A DNA stretch of 64,000 nt from Pseudovirgaria hyperparasitica (lineage: Eukaryota): assembly GCA_010093815.1 (NCBI GenBank), contig ML996569.1; one strand, 5' to 3'. Below the pieces are notes generated by a model. That model had not been told where the DNA came from and searched no databases. It saw only the letters and a list, made by a program, of their open reading frames with translations. The position numbers were made by a program, and so were the translations under genes. Of the stretch, positions 35,089 through 47,305 are shown piece by piece. Within the stretch, counting starts at the first letter, position 1; every line of letters begins with the position of its first letter.

Positions 35089-37243
35089 ATGGATCATCAC
35101 TACTTCGCTACCACCAGCGATCTTAATGATGTGACTGCTGCATTCGACTTTTCTAATTTCCCACCAGAATACCCCTGGGGCACAGCAACTGACACGAACT
35201 CTTGTGAACAACAAAGGCCAGTCCCTGCATCAGAGTCAAACGAGCAATGGTACACAGTCTCAACGTCGTCTCATTTTCAAGAATAACACCTTGCATAGGC
35301 CTACATCTTCCAGTGGTCCATATCAAATAGCGCAATTCTCCCCAAACTATCAGGCATACCAGTATCAAGCTCTGCCTTTCACCAGCCCTCTGCCAACGAC
35401 CTGGAACTCGTCTCCTGCGCCGCTACCATATGAAAATATTGCAGCTGATATCCCGAGGACTCTCGAATACGATGCACAGTGTGGCCTAACACCGACACTC
35501 CTGGGTGCCCATGATCTTTCGGTCTCGCCAAAGACCATGCCGTTATCTTTTGCACCAGACGTGCAATCGCAGTGCGAGTCAAGAAAAGCGTCTACGAATC
35601 GCAGTCGACTTTCCTATGAGGCTCGAGCAATTCTAGACCGGTGGTTTGAGCAGAACAGATCAGACCCGTATCTTGAGAAACCAGAGGCCGAGGATCTGGC
35701 CACCGAGACAGGACTGACTGTCCGGCAGGTGCGAACATATTTTGCAAACGCTCGTGCTCGCAAGCTGCCTCCCGCATCGGCCACAGAGTCGAGTGGCGAT
35801 ACGTCCAGCCGAGCCCAGACAGAAACTCCAAGAGGCTCTATGGATCAGGAGGATCAGACCCAGGCTCCTCCACGACGGCGGCGCTGGGCATCACATGAAC
35901 GAGTGTCGATCAGTCAGCAGCCAAGCCCTATGGAGCGATTCCTTCACAGTTCGCCTGAAGAGGAAGGGATTCCTGAAGGGATCGTGGAATGCGCGGCGAA
36001 GAATCTGGAAGAGCGGAGAGGCAGCGAAGCAGGATCTTCGAGATCATTGCAAAAGAGAAAGCGAAACAGTTGCAAGATCGAAGTACAATCGGATATTGGG
36101 CGTAGCAGCAATCGTGGCTCCGAATGTTCGCATTCGAGTAACGAATCCAATGCAAATCGACCTGGGCCAAGGCGTGGACGCAAACGACAACCGGACACCT
36201 TTCGGCTACCTCCAACGTCCCTCATAATTCGCGCGCCTTCTGATAGCAAGAAGATATTCCAGTGTACGTTTTGCCCGCGCGACTTTGCTCACAAGTATGA
36301 CTGGCGCCGGCACGAGGAGAGCGTGCACTTCCCTCAGTTCGAGTGGATATGTATGCCTGATAATGAGCCAACCATACTGGCCGCGTCTGGTGCAATCACT
36401 TGCGCTTTCTGCGATCAGCCCAACCCTACTCCAGCGCATCTCGAGTCTCATAACTGCTCTGGATGCCTCGCAACGTCTCGTTCGCAGCGTGCCTTTACTC
36501 GAAAGGACAAATTGCTCCAGCACATTGGCCAAGTCCACAAAATGTCAGTGACACCTCGTCATCTCTCTACATGGAGTAGGCCTGTAGACCGGGATGTGTC
36601 ATTCTGGTGCGGCATCTGCGGTATTCGTCTCACTTCCTGGCAAGAACGAGTTGACCACATCTCTGGGCACTTCATGGTAGGCCAAACCATGCAACTCTGG
36701 AGAGGCGAACCAGGAAACATTCGTCTCGGCACCGATACTTCTCTTCCATTCTCGCGAGGCACATCTCCAGCCCCAGAGCACTCTCCTGCTCTGACATTCT
36801 CCGGACTGCCCGGCCCAAAGCCACACATGTGCACCACAGGCTGCGGCGAGCACTTTAGGACCCATACCGGCCTCGTCTTCCATGAGCGCCAAAGTCACAA
36901 CATCTATCGCAGCCAGGTGATGTCGAGTCCCCCGCTCTTAGTCCCTTCCAATGCGACAACATACATGGACTTGCACTATCCTGTCCTCGCAACAGCGCCG
37001 GCCGCAACGTCATACTTCCACGACTTTTCGGGTTCGGAAATGGGTAGCACGGCCTTGATAGCCCCTCAGTATGCGCCGCCACCGACTGACTTTACACTCG
37101 CTTTCGATCCGAACTACCAGGGAATGGCTCAGCCTGTCCCCATTCATGCGAATTGGAGTCGGCGACACAGTGGAGCGGAAGGGCAAGGCGGCGCGGAAGT
37201 TGGCCTCCCAGGATCATCGGTGTCTTCTTCACGTGGAGCATGA
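35089..37243 (+). CDS. Homeobox (TALE/KN-type) and C2H2 zinc-finger transcription factor
   Basis: RSRLSYEARAILDRWFEQNRSDPYLEKPEAEDLATETGLTVRQVRTYFANARARK; FQCTFCPRDFAHKYDWRRHEESVH and further Cys/His fingers. Probable first exon from ATG 35089 (or 35077), intron 35250-35298. Confidence 0.92.
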
Positions 37244-40014
37244 ACAGGATACAGTAATGGGGGTTTTGTTGATGACTTTGGAGAACTTCTCAAGGCGTAA
37301 AGTTGGATTCCAGGCACCGACATTGGCTGGACCGCTGCGCACACTCTATGCGACCTCCTTATCTTTCGACCTATTGACTCGGCGGAACACTTATCGAGCG
37401 CGGCGTTTGGAGGAGCTTTTTGCAGCGGAGGGTAAATTATCTGTTATCAAGTCAATACGGAAGGTATACCATTTTCATTTGTGCGGTTCGTAGATACGGC
37501 ACTTTTCTTAATCCTCTGTCAATACTCCTGATCCATATATAGCATAGTGTCAAAGCAAATTTACTCTGTTGTAGATATATGATATTGACTTTGGTTTGAC
37601 TCGCATAACAAGCGCTCTTAGTCTGCAGCCTGTGCGACGTCCCACAAGTACTGTACTAATGCGGGTGTTCTGCGTCTGTCTGCGCCCACCAGGCTCGTGC
37701 TTCCAAGATAGATCAGATAGATGCACGTACACAGCCTGCGCTGTCGCATTGCGACTATGCCAGTCGCAACAAATTGCGCAATGCATCGCGCACTGTCAGC
37801 ACGCGGCGCATCACATGCTCTCACAAGCTCTGAGATGATTCAATTCTCTCGACACGCTTGGAGCTCTGAGAATGAAGAGCGCGAGAAACGCGACAAGTGC
37901 CAACGCTTGGTGCTGATGCAATTTCGGCAGAGCACGGAGGTGCGCGTGCACAGTACAAGTCGCGAGTCAGGCATCATCTTTTGCTTTGCCAGTACGGACG
38001 GACGTACAGGACTCTCTGTATGTCCAGAGCTCTACACGGTCGAGGGGACTGTTCGCGCTTCGGCGTTGAAAAAAGGTAGATTGTCCATTTGTGGATTGGC
38101 CATACACATACGAGATGTGCGAGCTTTGACTGCTGCTGCGAGGGTCATACTGTAGGTGAATCTCCAAGACTATGAGTATATATCAGTGGACAAGAAGTTT
38201 GGTTGTTGCGCAAACGGGCCGCACCGCAAGGACACCTATGGATTGACGAGTGCTCCGTACATCAGGAATGGCAAATGATTCGGCATACAAATATACCTGG
38301 ACGGCAATACTGGACTTGAACTAGGACTTTGCACGGAGTGGATAGGGTAGAAGTTTCGCTTGGTGGTGGTTGAGAAGACCCAACTGAAAAAATGCCCCTT
38401 TTCTCTGATCACAATTACTGGATGCTGGCCTATTGATAGAGTTGGGCAGCGTGGGGATGGTTACGCATGAACGTGACGATGCAAGTAAATGAGGTCGCAG
38501 GGTGGGTGGAGACATTGCATGGCAGGTTGCGGTGTGGACAGGGGGGATGCTGGACAGGGCGAGCGCAATAAGGATTGTGAGAACGTGGAGGGACTGCAGT
38601 GGCTGCAGAGCGACCGATTGGAAACGCCGACGTCAATGATGACTGCGATGCGCATCATCGGGCCCAGGCAGGGGCCAGGAGAGACGTGTATTGTTGTTGT
38701 TGTTGTTGGTGGCGAGGCTCTGGAGTAGAGGGAATGGTGGGACACAAGACAGTAAACAACAACAACACAACAACACAGCAAAGGCTCCGGTTGCCATGAA
38801 AGAAGGCTTTTCTATGAGTCGTTGAAACACGGACAGGAATTAGGGTAGGGAGATATTAGGCATAAGGAGGATTTGATTATATTTTAAGGACATATATAGA
38901 GATCCGCAGCAATCTCCAGAGCGCAGGGTCGGCCTTATGTGGTGACAACCGAGTGATTAAGGACCCTGAAGGAGGCTTAAGGGCTGCATGACAGCGTGAC
39001 AGACCGACATCAAGGCAGATATAAGGCCGCAGTCAGGCATCAATCAGGCACCAACCTGGGGGGGAAACAAAACACCGCACGACAAAACGCGGCTGCCACT
39101 CTTGATACCGGCTCGATATCCGTGGTGGGTCTGTGCTTGTCACGCTAGCCCAGATAGGCATAGCGACGTGTATCTAGCGCCACTGCACGGACTGTTATGG
39201 AAAAGCTCGCTGCGACGCGACTGCCAAGTTCTCTCCTCTCCCTCACTCGATCCTTCGACTCGCTCCTCCCTCGTCCACGGTCCAAGTGCCCGCGTGGTCT
39301 TGAGTCTCCATCCTTCGCGACTGCCTCTCCTGACTGACTCTCTGTCCCCGATCTATTCTCGACTACTTCTCCTCTGCCTAACACCCGTCGCCCTTCTTTT
39401 CTTGCAACCTCTCGACGTCCCTCTCGTCGACTCATCGCCATCACCAAGGATTCTGTACTCCATCACGCTCTTGTTTGGACCCTTTTGACGCGTCCCCTGT
39501 CATTGTTTACATCCAACCCACGTCCACATTCCTTGCGCGATCGTCGCTACACGTCACCCTCAACCGCTCCAAAACCTGTCGCGATAGGTTACGGCTTCTC
39601 TCTCGCCACTCGACTCACTCAATCGCCAATCTATATCCTGTTCTATTCCAACTAATCCTCCTCCCATGAACCCAACCTACATCAAACACTATCGAGGCCA
39701 ACATCGAGGCTCGCTCCCACTGCACCAACAGCACGCACACTGAGTCCTGAAGGCTTCCACAAATCGTACCCATACTTTATACTCGAGCGACGCTCACCGA
39801 CAGCTTCTCTTCTGCTGCCTACACAGTAAAATCACGTTCGAACATCCGTGTCAATATACACTGTGCTGGTCACATCGTGTGCGCGCGAAACTCGGTCCAC
39901 TTCAATCTCAACCCGCATGGCTTGAGATTATTGTCCGTTCAACCACATTGTGCGCACATTTGTGGGAATAACTAACCATCCACGCGCCTAGCCACTCTTG
40001 CACTTACTAGCGAC

Positions 40015-43000
40015 ATGGACTTTCAATACTCGCCGCATCGTCAAGGCGGAGGTGGGCTGCACCTAGCTTCACCGACGCATCATGTTCACAATAACGGCTT
40101 TGTGTCGATCGACCGGATTCGTAGCTCGCTCTCCAGATCACCATCAAGGCCTTCACGCTTTGCACTTCACCACAATTCCCCGGAAACCCCTCGATCACCC
40201 ATCTCACCGCTCGCGACCTCCAGAGCCTTCACCCCGAAGCCCGCAAACGAACCTACCCAGTCATTCACACCTCCTACACCTCTTGCACCGCAAGCACCAC
40301 AACAACCAGCATCGGCAGTCAAAGTCTCCAAGCTCACACTGCGCCGCACCACTCCGTTCCGCACTTCGATCCGTACGCGTACTGGTGGTACCAGTCCGAA
40401 ACGCACCAGCCCACGACGTACGAGTCCGAGGCGTGCACTTGGAGATTCAGTAAACCAGGGTAATGCTTTGCCATTACGAACCTTGCCAGCGACCGAGCCT
40501 CCCGGAAAACGCTTTTCCTTAAACGTTGATAAGCCTGAGACTGCACCGCAGCTACCAGGAGCTATGCGCAGTGTCATCAATGACGAGCCGATCAAGTTCC
40601 CATTCTCGCGACCTAGGTCCGACAATAACATGTTGTCCAAGTCAGACATGTCAGCTCCGGCAAAATCAAGCCCACTGAAGCGCAGTGACGGAATAATGAA
40701 CCTCGATCAAGCCAGCCTTGGTAGTCCAGTCGCGAAAAGGCGTAGTCTTCACGGAGCCTCTGCCTTTGGCGCAGACTTCAGCATTTTTGACCAAAGTTCT
40801 GATGCTGACCAGACGAATGGTAATGACAAGCATCAAGACTCGGCCAATATCTTCTCTTCACCGAGAAGGTCACCTCCGCTCCGGAAGTCATCACTCAGAA
40901 AATCAACTTTTCAGCAGCGGTTCGGTCAGACCGCCTCCAAAACATCGAGATCTGGTGAACACGAGTTTACCGTGCCCGGCCCAGCTGCGTCAAAGCAGAA
41001 GCAACGTGCATCGTTAGACAGTTCTATGAACTTTGTGTCGACTTCGTCTCCCAACCCCTTCCGTCGTAGCACTCAATCCGACGGTCCGCAGGCGACAATG
41101 TCTCCACAGTCGTTCCTGGCAAGGTCTACGTCACTACGAAATCAGCCACACCCTCTGTCGAACAGCTTGACCCCATCCTCTTCATCGTCGAGCCTTCTCG
41201 ACGAATCTCCGACCCATCACCCTGCACCAGTGTTTGCTCATGGTCACAACTATACACATCAACCATATCGCGCCCCGAATGCTGAACCTCGTATCAACAC
41301 CAACTTCGCCAAATCTCTTCCCATCGGTGCCATTCGACCGACCGAGAACGATGACCAGTCTTCGGAGTTCTCCACACCTGCGACATACAAGATGGCCAAG
41401 CCTTTACCTGCTGCCTTCATGTCTACTGGGTTGATCTCCAAGCGCAATCGCCCCCTGGAAGAGACTCTGGCCGAGTCATATGTAATGCCCGATACTCCCT
41501 CGAAACGCAATTCGTTTCCTCCCGTCACGGCCACACCATTCCGACGGAGTGGTTTCGGGGACTCAACAGTGCCAGACTTTGGTACTCCTGCTTCGCCCTT
41601 TAGCGTCAAGGGAACTCATGTATTCGGCAGAGGTGCAAACATATTTGGTGTTACCTTCGACCCGAATACCCGTCGCCGTACCAGCTTCCACAGTGTTGAA
41701 GGTGATGACTTTCCAGTATCACCCTCGCGTCAGGAAGACCGCCAGTCTAGTGCGGACGAGCTTCCTCCAACACCGACCAGGAATGCCGGCCTGCGTGGCA
41801 GCCTTCGCAGCAGTCTCTTTGGACGTCGTGTGTCACTTGGTCAGGATACCTTTGCTCAACCTGACGGGGATACCGTAACGTCTCCACAAAACTCAAAGGG
41901 TAAGTTCTTTCCACTTCAGGCCATGGTGACGAGAGTGGATGGTCCAACGGCTGGATGTTCGTTACCTCCAGAGGACTGCTCTCCGTCTAGGCTGTCTCCA
42001 TCTGCGTTCGCTTTGTCTTTTGCTCGATCTCGCCTTCTACGGCATTCTGAGAAGCTCCAATCCCAAGAACTCCCCCAACTTTCTGTTTCAGTCACGTTTT
42101 CCACTACCGATAAACCGAACATGACTAAAAGATCACCTCTCTCAACAGTTTCCCCAACCCCTGGATCAACTTCTGAGTGCTTGTCTCCCCATACACCTCA
42201 GGAATCGTGCACACCACCAGATCCTAGCAGCCTCTCCATCTCTAACCCCGCTCCCCGTCGTGGCTCTCATCATTTTGGAAACAGCACAACGAACATTGCT
42301 GCTTTCCCTCCGGCCACGCCAACCACGTCCCGCGAGAACTACTTCCTCGGTACCAAAAGACAAGGTTTTGTTCACCGATTGACTTCAAATGAGGTCGATA
42401 CCGCTCTCACATCACGCTTTGGCACTGTCACCGCACTTGGAAAGGGCGAGTTCTCTTCCGTTTACCGCGTGGAAAAGCCTCTGTCCAACCCTTTTGCTGC
42501 TTCAACACCTACGGCTACATTTACCAAGGTTTGGGCCGTGAAGAAATCTAAAACCGTCATCACTGGGGCCAAGGATCGTCGGCGAAAGTATCGAGAGGTG
42601 GAGATCCTGAAGCTCATACAGGGTCACGAACATATGGTGCAATACGTTGAGCATTGGGAAGATCATGGCCACCTATATATCCAGACAGAGTTCTGTGAGA
42701 ACGGTAACCTTGAGACGTTGTTGGCTGCAACAGGCTTTAAGAGCCGCATGGATGACTTTCGAATTTGGAAGATCCTTTCGGAGCTGTCGGAGGTAAGTCT
42801 AAATCTGCTACTGCTATAGAGCCGCGCTTACGAATGGAAAGGGTATCGAATTTATCCATGGTATCGGGCTTGTACACCTCGACATTAAGCCCGCAAACAT
42901 TCTCATTGACTTTTCGGGGGGGCTCAAGATTGCCGATTTCGGTATGGCTGCACAATTGCCTGTCGACACCGCTAGACACGAGGGCGAAGGTGACGTATAC

Positions 43001-43555
43001 TACCTCGCACCCGAACAGTTGAAAGGCATCCACGGCAAGCCAGCTGATATCTTCGCACTTGGTTTGATTGTTTTAGAGATGGCTGCGAATGTCTGCCTCC
43101 CACCCAGCGGACAGTCTTGGCAGAATCTACGTAACGCCGACTGGCATGAGGTTCCAAGTCTTTCCTGGAGCTCAACAAAGGACTCGATCCAGGACGAATC
43201 TAGCGAGCGGATCCATACTTCTGACCCTGAATTCACCGAGCTATCGAATTCTATGTTTGGATCCAACTCAGCCGGGATGGAGGTACCTAAACAATTATTC
43301 AAGCCGAACGAACAAAGAACACCACCTTCCTTCATGGTGGACTTGGACGATCCTGACTCGCTTCTACATACCACGCGGTGGATGATGGCACCTGACCCAG
43401 AAGAGCGCGCTACTATCCAAGACGTTCGCAAACTCCGCGGTATCGAATGGGTTGTCAGCCGTCGTCGTGCGGGAGCCACTGTCTTTGAGGGAATATGGGG
43501 ACCTGCTGACGACGTTCTCAACTATTCAAATGACGTTGACATGGTTGATGCGTGA
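40015..43555 (+). CDS. SWE1/wee1: Wee1/Swe1 (AnkA-like) CDK-inhibitory protein kinase
   Basis: Long S/P-rich N-terminus with FMSTGLISKRNR and MPDTPSKR; kinase motifs LGKGEFSSVY, AVKK, HLDIKPANIL, KIADFG and EGDVYYLAPE. Intron from 42793 to ~42841. Confidence 0.95.
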
Positions 43556-44499
43556 TACTCTACATCACATGATCATGTTCCCAGTTACCAGTTTTCCTGT
43601 TTCATATTCTACCTGTTGGCTTTCGATGTTTTTATGCGAATCTTGCGCCGCCCTCGAACTGTTGAGGAATCTGTTGGTACTTGTACCTAGTCTTGTCGCT
43701 TTTTGCGCTCATGCATCTTACGTCCGAGGCTACCTCATCGGTAGTTCTTACGCCCACGAAGGGTGTCACTTTTGGGTTTGCTTTTTTTTGGGGGTGGGAG
43801 GGGAACATATTATTTGTATTTTTGTTATCGGCGTCCCGGAATGGACCAGGCGATTATAGGGCACGGACTTGGCGTACTAAAGGAAAAAGATAACCCCTGG
43901 GCTTGAAAATTGATCGCGATGGACTGAAAGCCATGCTGGCACGGGAGGTGGAATGGCCGAATTGAACACGATCGCTTTGGCGGGAACTGCAAAGGCCAAT
44001 GTCGAGGTCCGTATTTAGGGGAAGTTAGGATATGCTTAGGCTCCTTCGCAGTGTTCGCGATTCAGCGTACGCGATCCTGATGACAGCTTATGGGATCATG
44101 GCAATTGACACTGTATCCAAGACCACCTTTGAATGATTGTGACAGTTGTGGTAACGTCAAGTAGCTGATGTGCACGGGATTTCGATGTCTATGCCCAAGC
44201 AAGCAAATTGCACTATTTCGAGAGAAACACACCGAGACTCAAACTGTTGGGGTGAGGTTTCCGGAGATGAGTATCTATCTATCTACTATGGTATGACACC
44301 AGCGCGCCAAGAACACACTGGCAGTCTGGCAGGCAGTCGACGACCGCACCTGCAGCCACTAGTCAAGCACGGCCGCAACAAGCTCATATGACATAGCGCG
44401 ACTAACCCCACTATCAACAAAACAACGTTTCACGGCCTCTGGGTCGCCGCGAACGATCACCAGCTCTCTACTACATCCTAGACTGGCTGCTTAGCAAGT

Positions 44500-47002
44500 A
44501 TGTTCATGCTCCGAAATGGTCAGGTCTCCATAATTTACCGTTTCTGTGCCTGCTAACGTTCCTGTCAGTCAGCAAATACCTCTTTGGTGACAGTTCAAAA
44601 GAATCTATCATAGACGTCCCACAAGGCCAACTGTTCCTCGTTCGACCACTTTCTGTAAAGGGCTACTCTGAACTTATCTTTAAAGACTCGACCACCTCCA
44701 TTCGTCGGACAGGTCAACAATATCAGTATCAGCTGAACGTACAGAGGGTTTACGAGGAGGGCGAGGAAGAGCTTCTTGCCGAAGAACAAGGAGAAGACGC
44801 AGAAATCGAAGCGCTCACTGCAGACCGAGACGAGAAGACTTTTTTGCTCGACGAAGAACTTCAGTTTCGCACAGAAATCAGAGACACGGGCGAGAAAGTC
44901 TTTGCCTGGAGAGACCTCAGTGGTGACGAGGGCGATCTTTGGGAGTTTGTCTGCGATCACAGCACACCTGCCTCGACCGTCGAGACTTTTGAGTTGATTG
45001 CACTGCAGTGTCAGTTCGAGCGCAAATATCGCAAGCCACACGAGCAAGCAACGAACGGAGAACTTGAAGAGTTTAGGGCCTCGGAATCGACGATACCAGA
45101 CGCTGGCAGTGTGATCACTACACCACTCGCATCGCCGTCGATAGATCGTGACGGTTCGAAAGTCCTCGCTTGGTCTGCGCATGATAATATGGCGAGAAAG
45201 ACAGCTGTGACGGCAACGCCGAAAGGGAAAGAGGCCGTAGCTCTGGCAGCCCCGGGGCCTTCAGCGGTTATAGTTCATCCTGAGGCGAGGGAGACACTCG
45301 CGGAGAGTGCAGCCGAGCTGTGGTTGTTCAATTTAGAGAGCGGTGAATTCTTGCTCCAGGATGCGGGAGTGACAGCCTTGGTCACTGACCTCGGCAATTG
45401 GAAATACTGGCTTCAGATTAAGGGCAAGAATGACTGGCTTGGGCAAGCTATCATACCAGACATCAACCCTGTGTTCAACTTTGAATACAAGTCTTTCATC
45501 TTCAATCAATATGACGAGGATGGCTCGGCGTACTCATGGCTGTTGAAATTCAAGGAGACAGAGATCATGGAAATGTTCCAGGAAGGATTGATGCAAGCGT
45601 TGTGGGAGCACCTCCATGAGATGAAATGGGGCAAGGCTACCAAGACTGACCAGGATTATGTTCTGGATGCCTTTAATGATCTCACAATGGAAGACGCTCC
45701 AACTATCGAGGAAGAGGACGAAGATGAGTACGACGAAAGCGAGGATGATAGTACCGCTCAGCAATCGGAACACTACGACAGTGACGAGTCGGAAGACGAT
45801 GTGGAGGTCCGCGATAAGGATGGAAACGTCAATTCACAGCTTGCCGTGGGCTATAAGCATGATCGGTCATTCGTCGTGCGTGGCTCCAAGATTGGTGTGT
45901 TCAAACACACTCCCGACAATCATCTTCAGTTCACCACGAACATCTCCAAGGTCGCGACGCCCAAAGGCAAGCTATTCAGTCCCACAAAAGTCATGCTGCA
46001 TCAAGAGGACCAGAATATGATCTTGCAGAACGCAGACAATCCGAATTCACTTTACAAGATGGATCTAGAGTACGGGAAGGTCGTTGACGAGTGGAAGGTC
46101 CACGATGACATTCCGGTCAAAATATTTGCCCCTGAGAGTGTAAGTCTCCGAGTATTCGAGCATGTTACATGTACTAATAATACACTCGTTAGAAATTTGC
46201 TCAAATGAGTGGCGAACAAACATTCCTTGGTCTGTCCAATAATGCTCTCTTCCGTGTGGACCCTCGTCTGGCTGGAAATAAGCTCGTTGAGAGCGAAAAA
46301 CAAGGCTACGCAAGCAACGTAGACTTCTCTGCAGCAGCTACAACCAAGCAAGGATACGTCGCCGCAGCATCCAACAAGGGTAGCATTCGCCTTTTCGACC
46401 GGCTGGGCATCCGTGCAAAGACCGAGATCCCAGCTCTTGGGGACCCCATCATCGGCGTCGACGTCTCCGCCGACGGTCGCTGGATCCTCGCGACTACGCG
46501 CACGTATCTGTTACTTATCGATGCAGAGCAGAAATCGGGCAAGAACGAAGGGAAACTCGGGTTCGAGAAGTCGTTTGCGAAAGACTCCAAACCACAGCCC
46601 AAGCGCCTCGCTCTCACACCCTCTCACGTAGCGCAATTCCAGCATGAGACCAAGGTCCCCATCAGCTTCACGCCAGCGCACTTCAACGCTGGTGTGGACA
46701 GCGACGAGACTACCATCATCACCGCGACTGGGCCCTTCATCATCTCCTGGTCACTCAAGAAGGTCATGGCCGGCCGCAAGGATCCGTACTCGATCAAGCG
46801 ATACTCGGAGGAGGTCAAGGCGGATAACTTCAAGTATGGATCCGACAAGAACCTGATTGTGGCACTGCCGAACGAGGTCAACATGGTGGCGAAGAGGGCG
46901 CTGCAGAGGCCGACGAGAGAGAGTATTGCGGGGCCCGGGCTGCGCACTCCGCGGAAGAGTGGCAGGTTGGGGAGGAATGAGGTGGTTGATTCGCCGTACT
47001 AG
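44500..47002 (+). CDS. VID27: Vacuolar import and degradation protein Vid27
   Basis: MFMLRNV|SKYLFG...PQGQLFLVRPLSVKGYSELIFKD, PH-like region, NSQLAVGYKHDRSFVVRG, beta-propeller GSIRLFDRLG...ALGDPIIGVDVSADGRWILAT; two introns. Confidence 0.93.
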
Positions 47003-47305
47003 CTTTGTTTTTGGTTTTGTTGTTTTGCGACTGACTGCGACTTGACTTTGGGGACTTTGGGGTTTGTACTATCCTTCCTGTTACTGCGACGGTCTTTAAG
47101 TCTGGGGAAGAGGGGAGAGGGGACAGAGCACGTTTGGTAGTGGTGGATCTCTGGCTGTATTGCTTAGTCTTTTTTTTTTGATGTCGTGGTAAGCACGGCA
47201 CGACGAAATATACCCTCTTTCTATCTCTATTGGTGGTACAGTAACACAATCTCGGGTATCACACATACAGAGCCTCTCACACAGACTCACACAAAATGCA
47301 TTCAT

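Noticed and set aside
38989..39002. Tandem TGACAG (TALE-type binding sites) upstream of Wee1, near a TALE-like homeobox gene
   Set aside because: Short motif, and the local homeodomain lacks the Ile50/Arg54 residues associated with TGACAG recognition.
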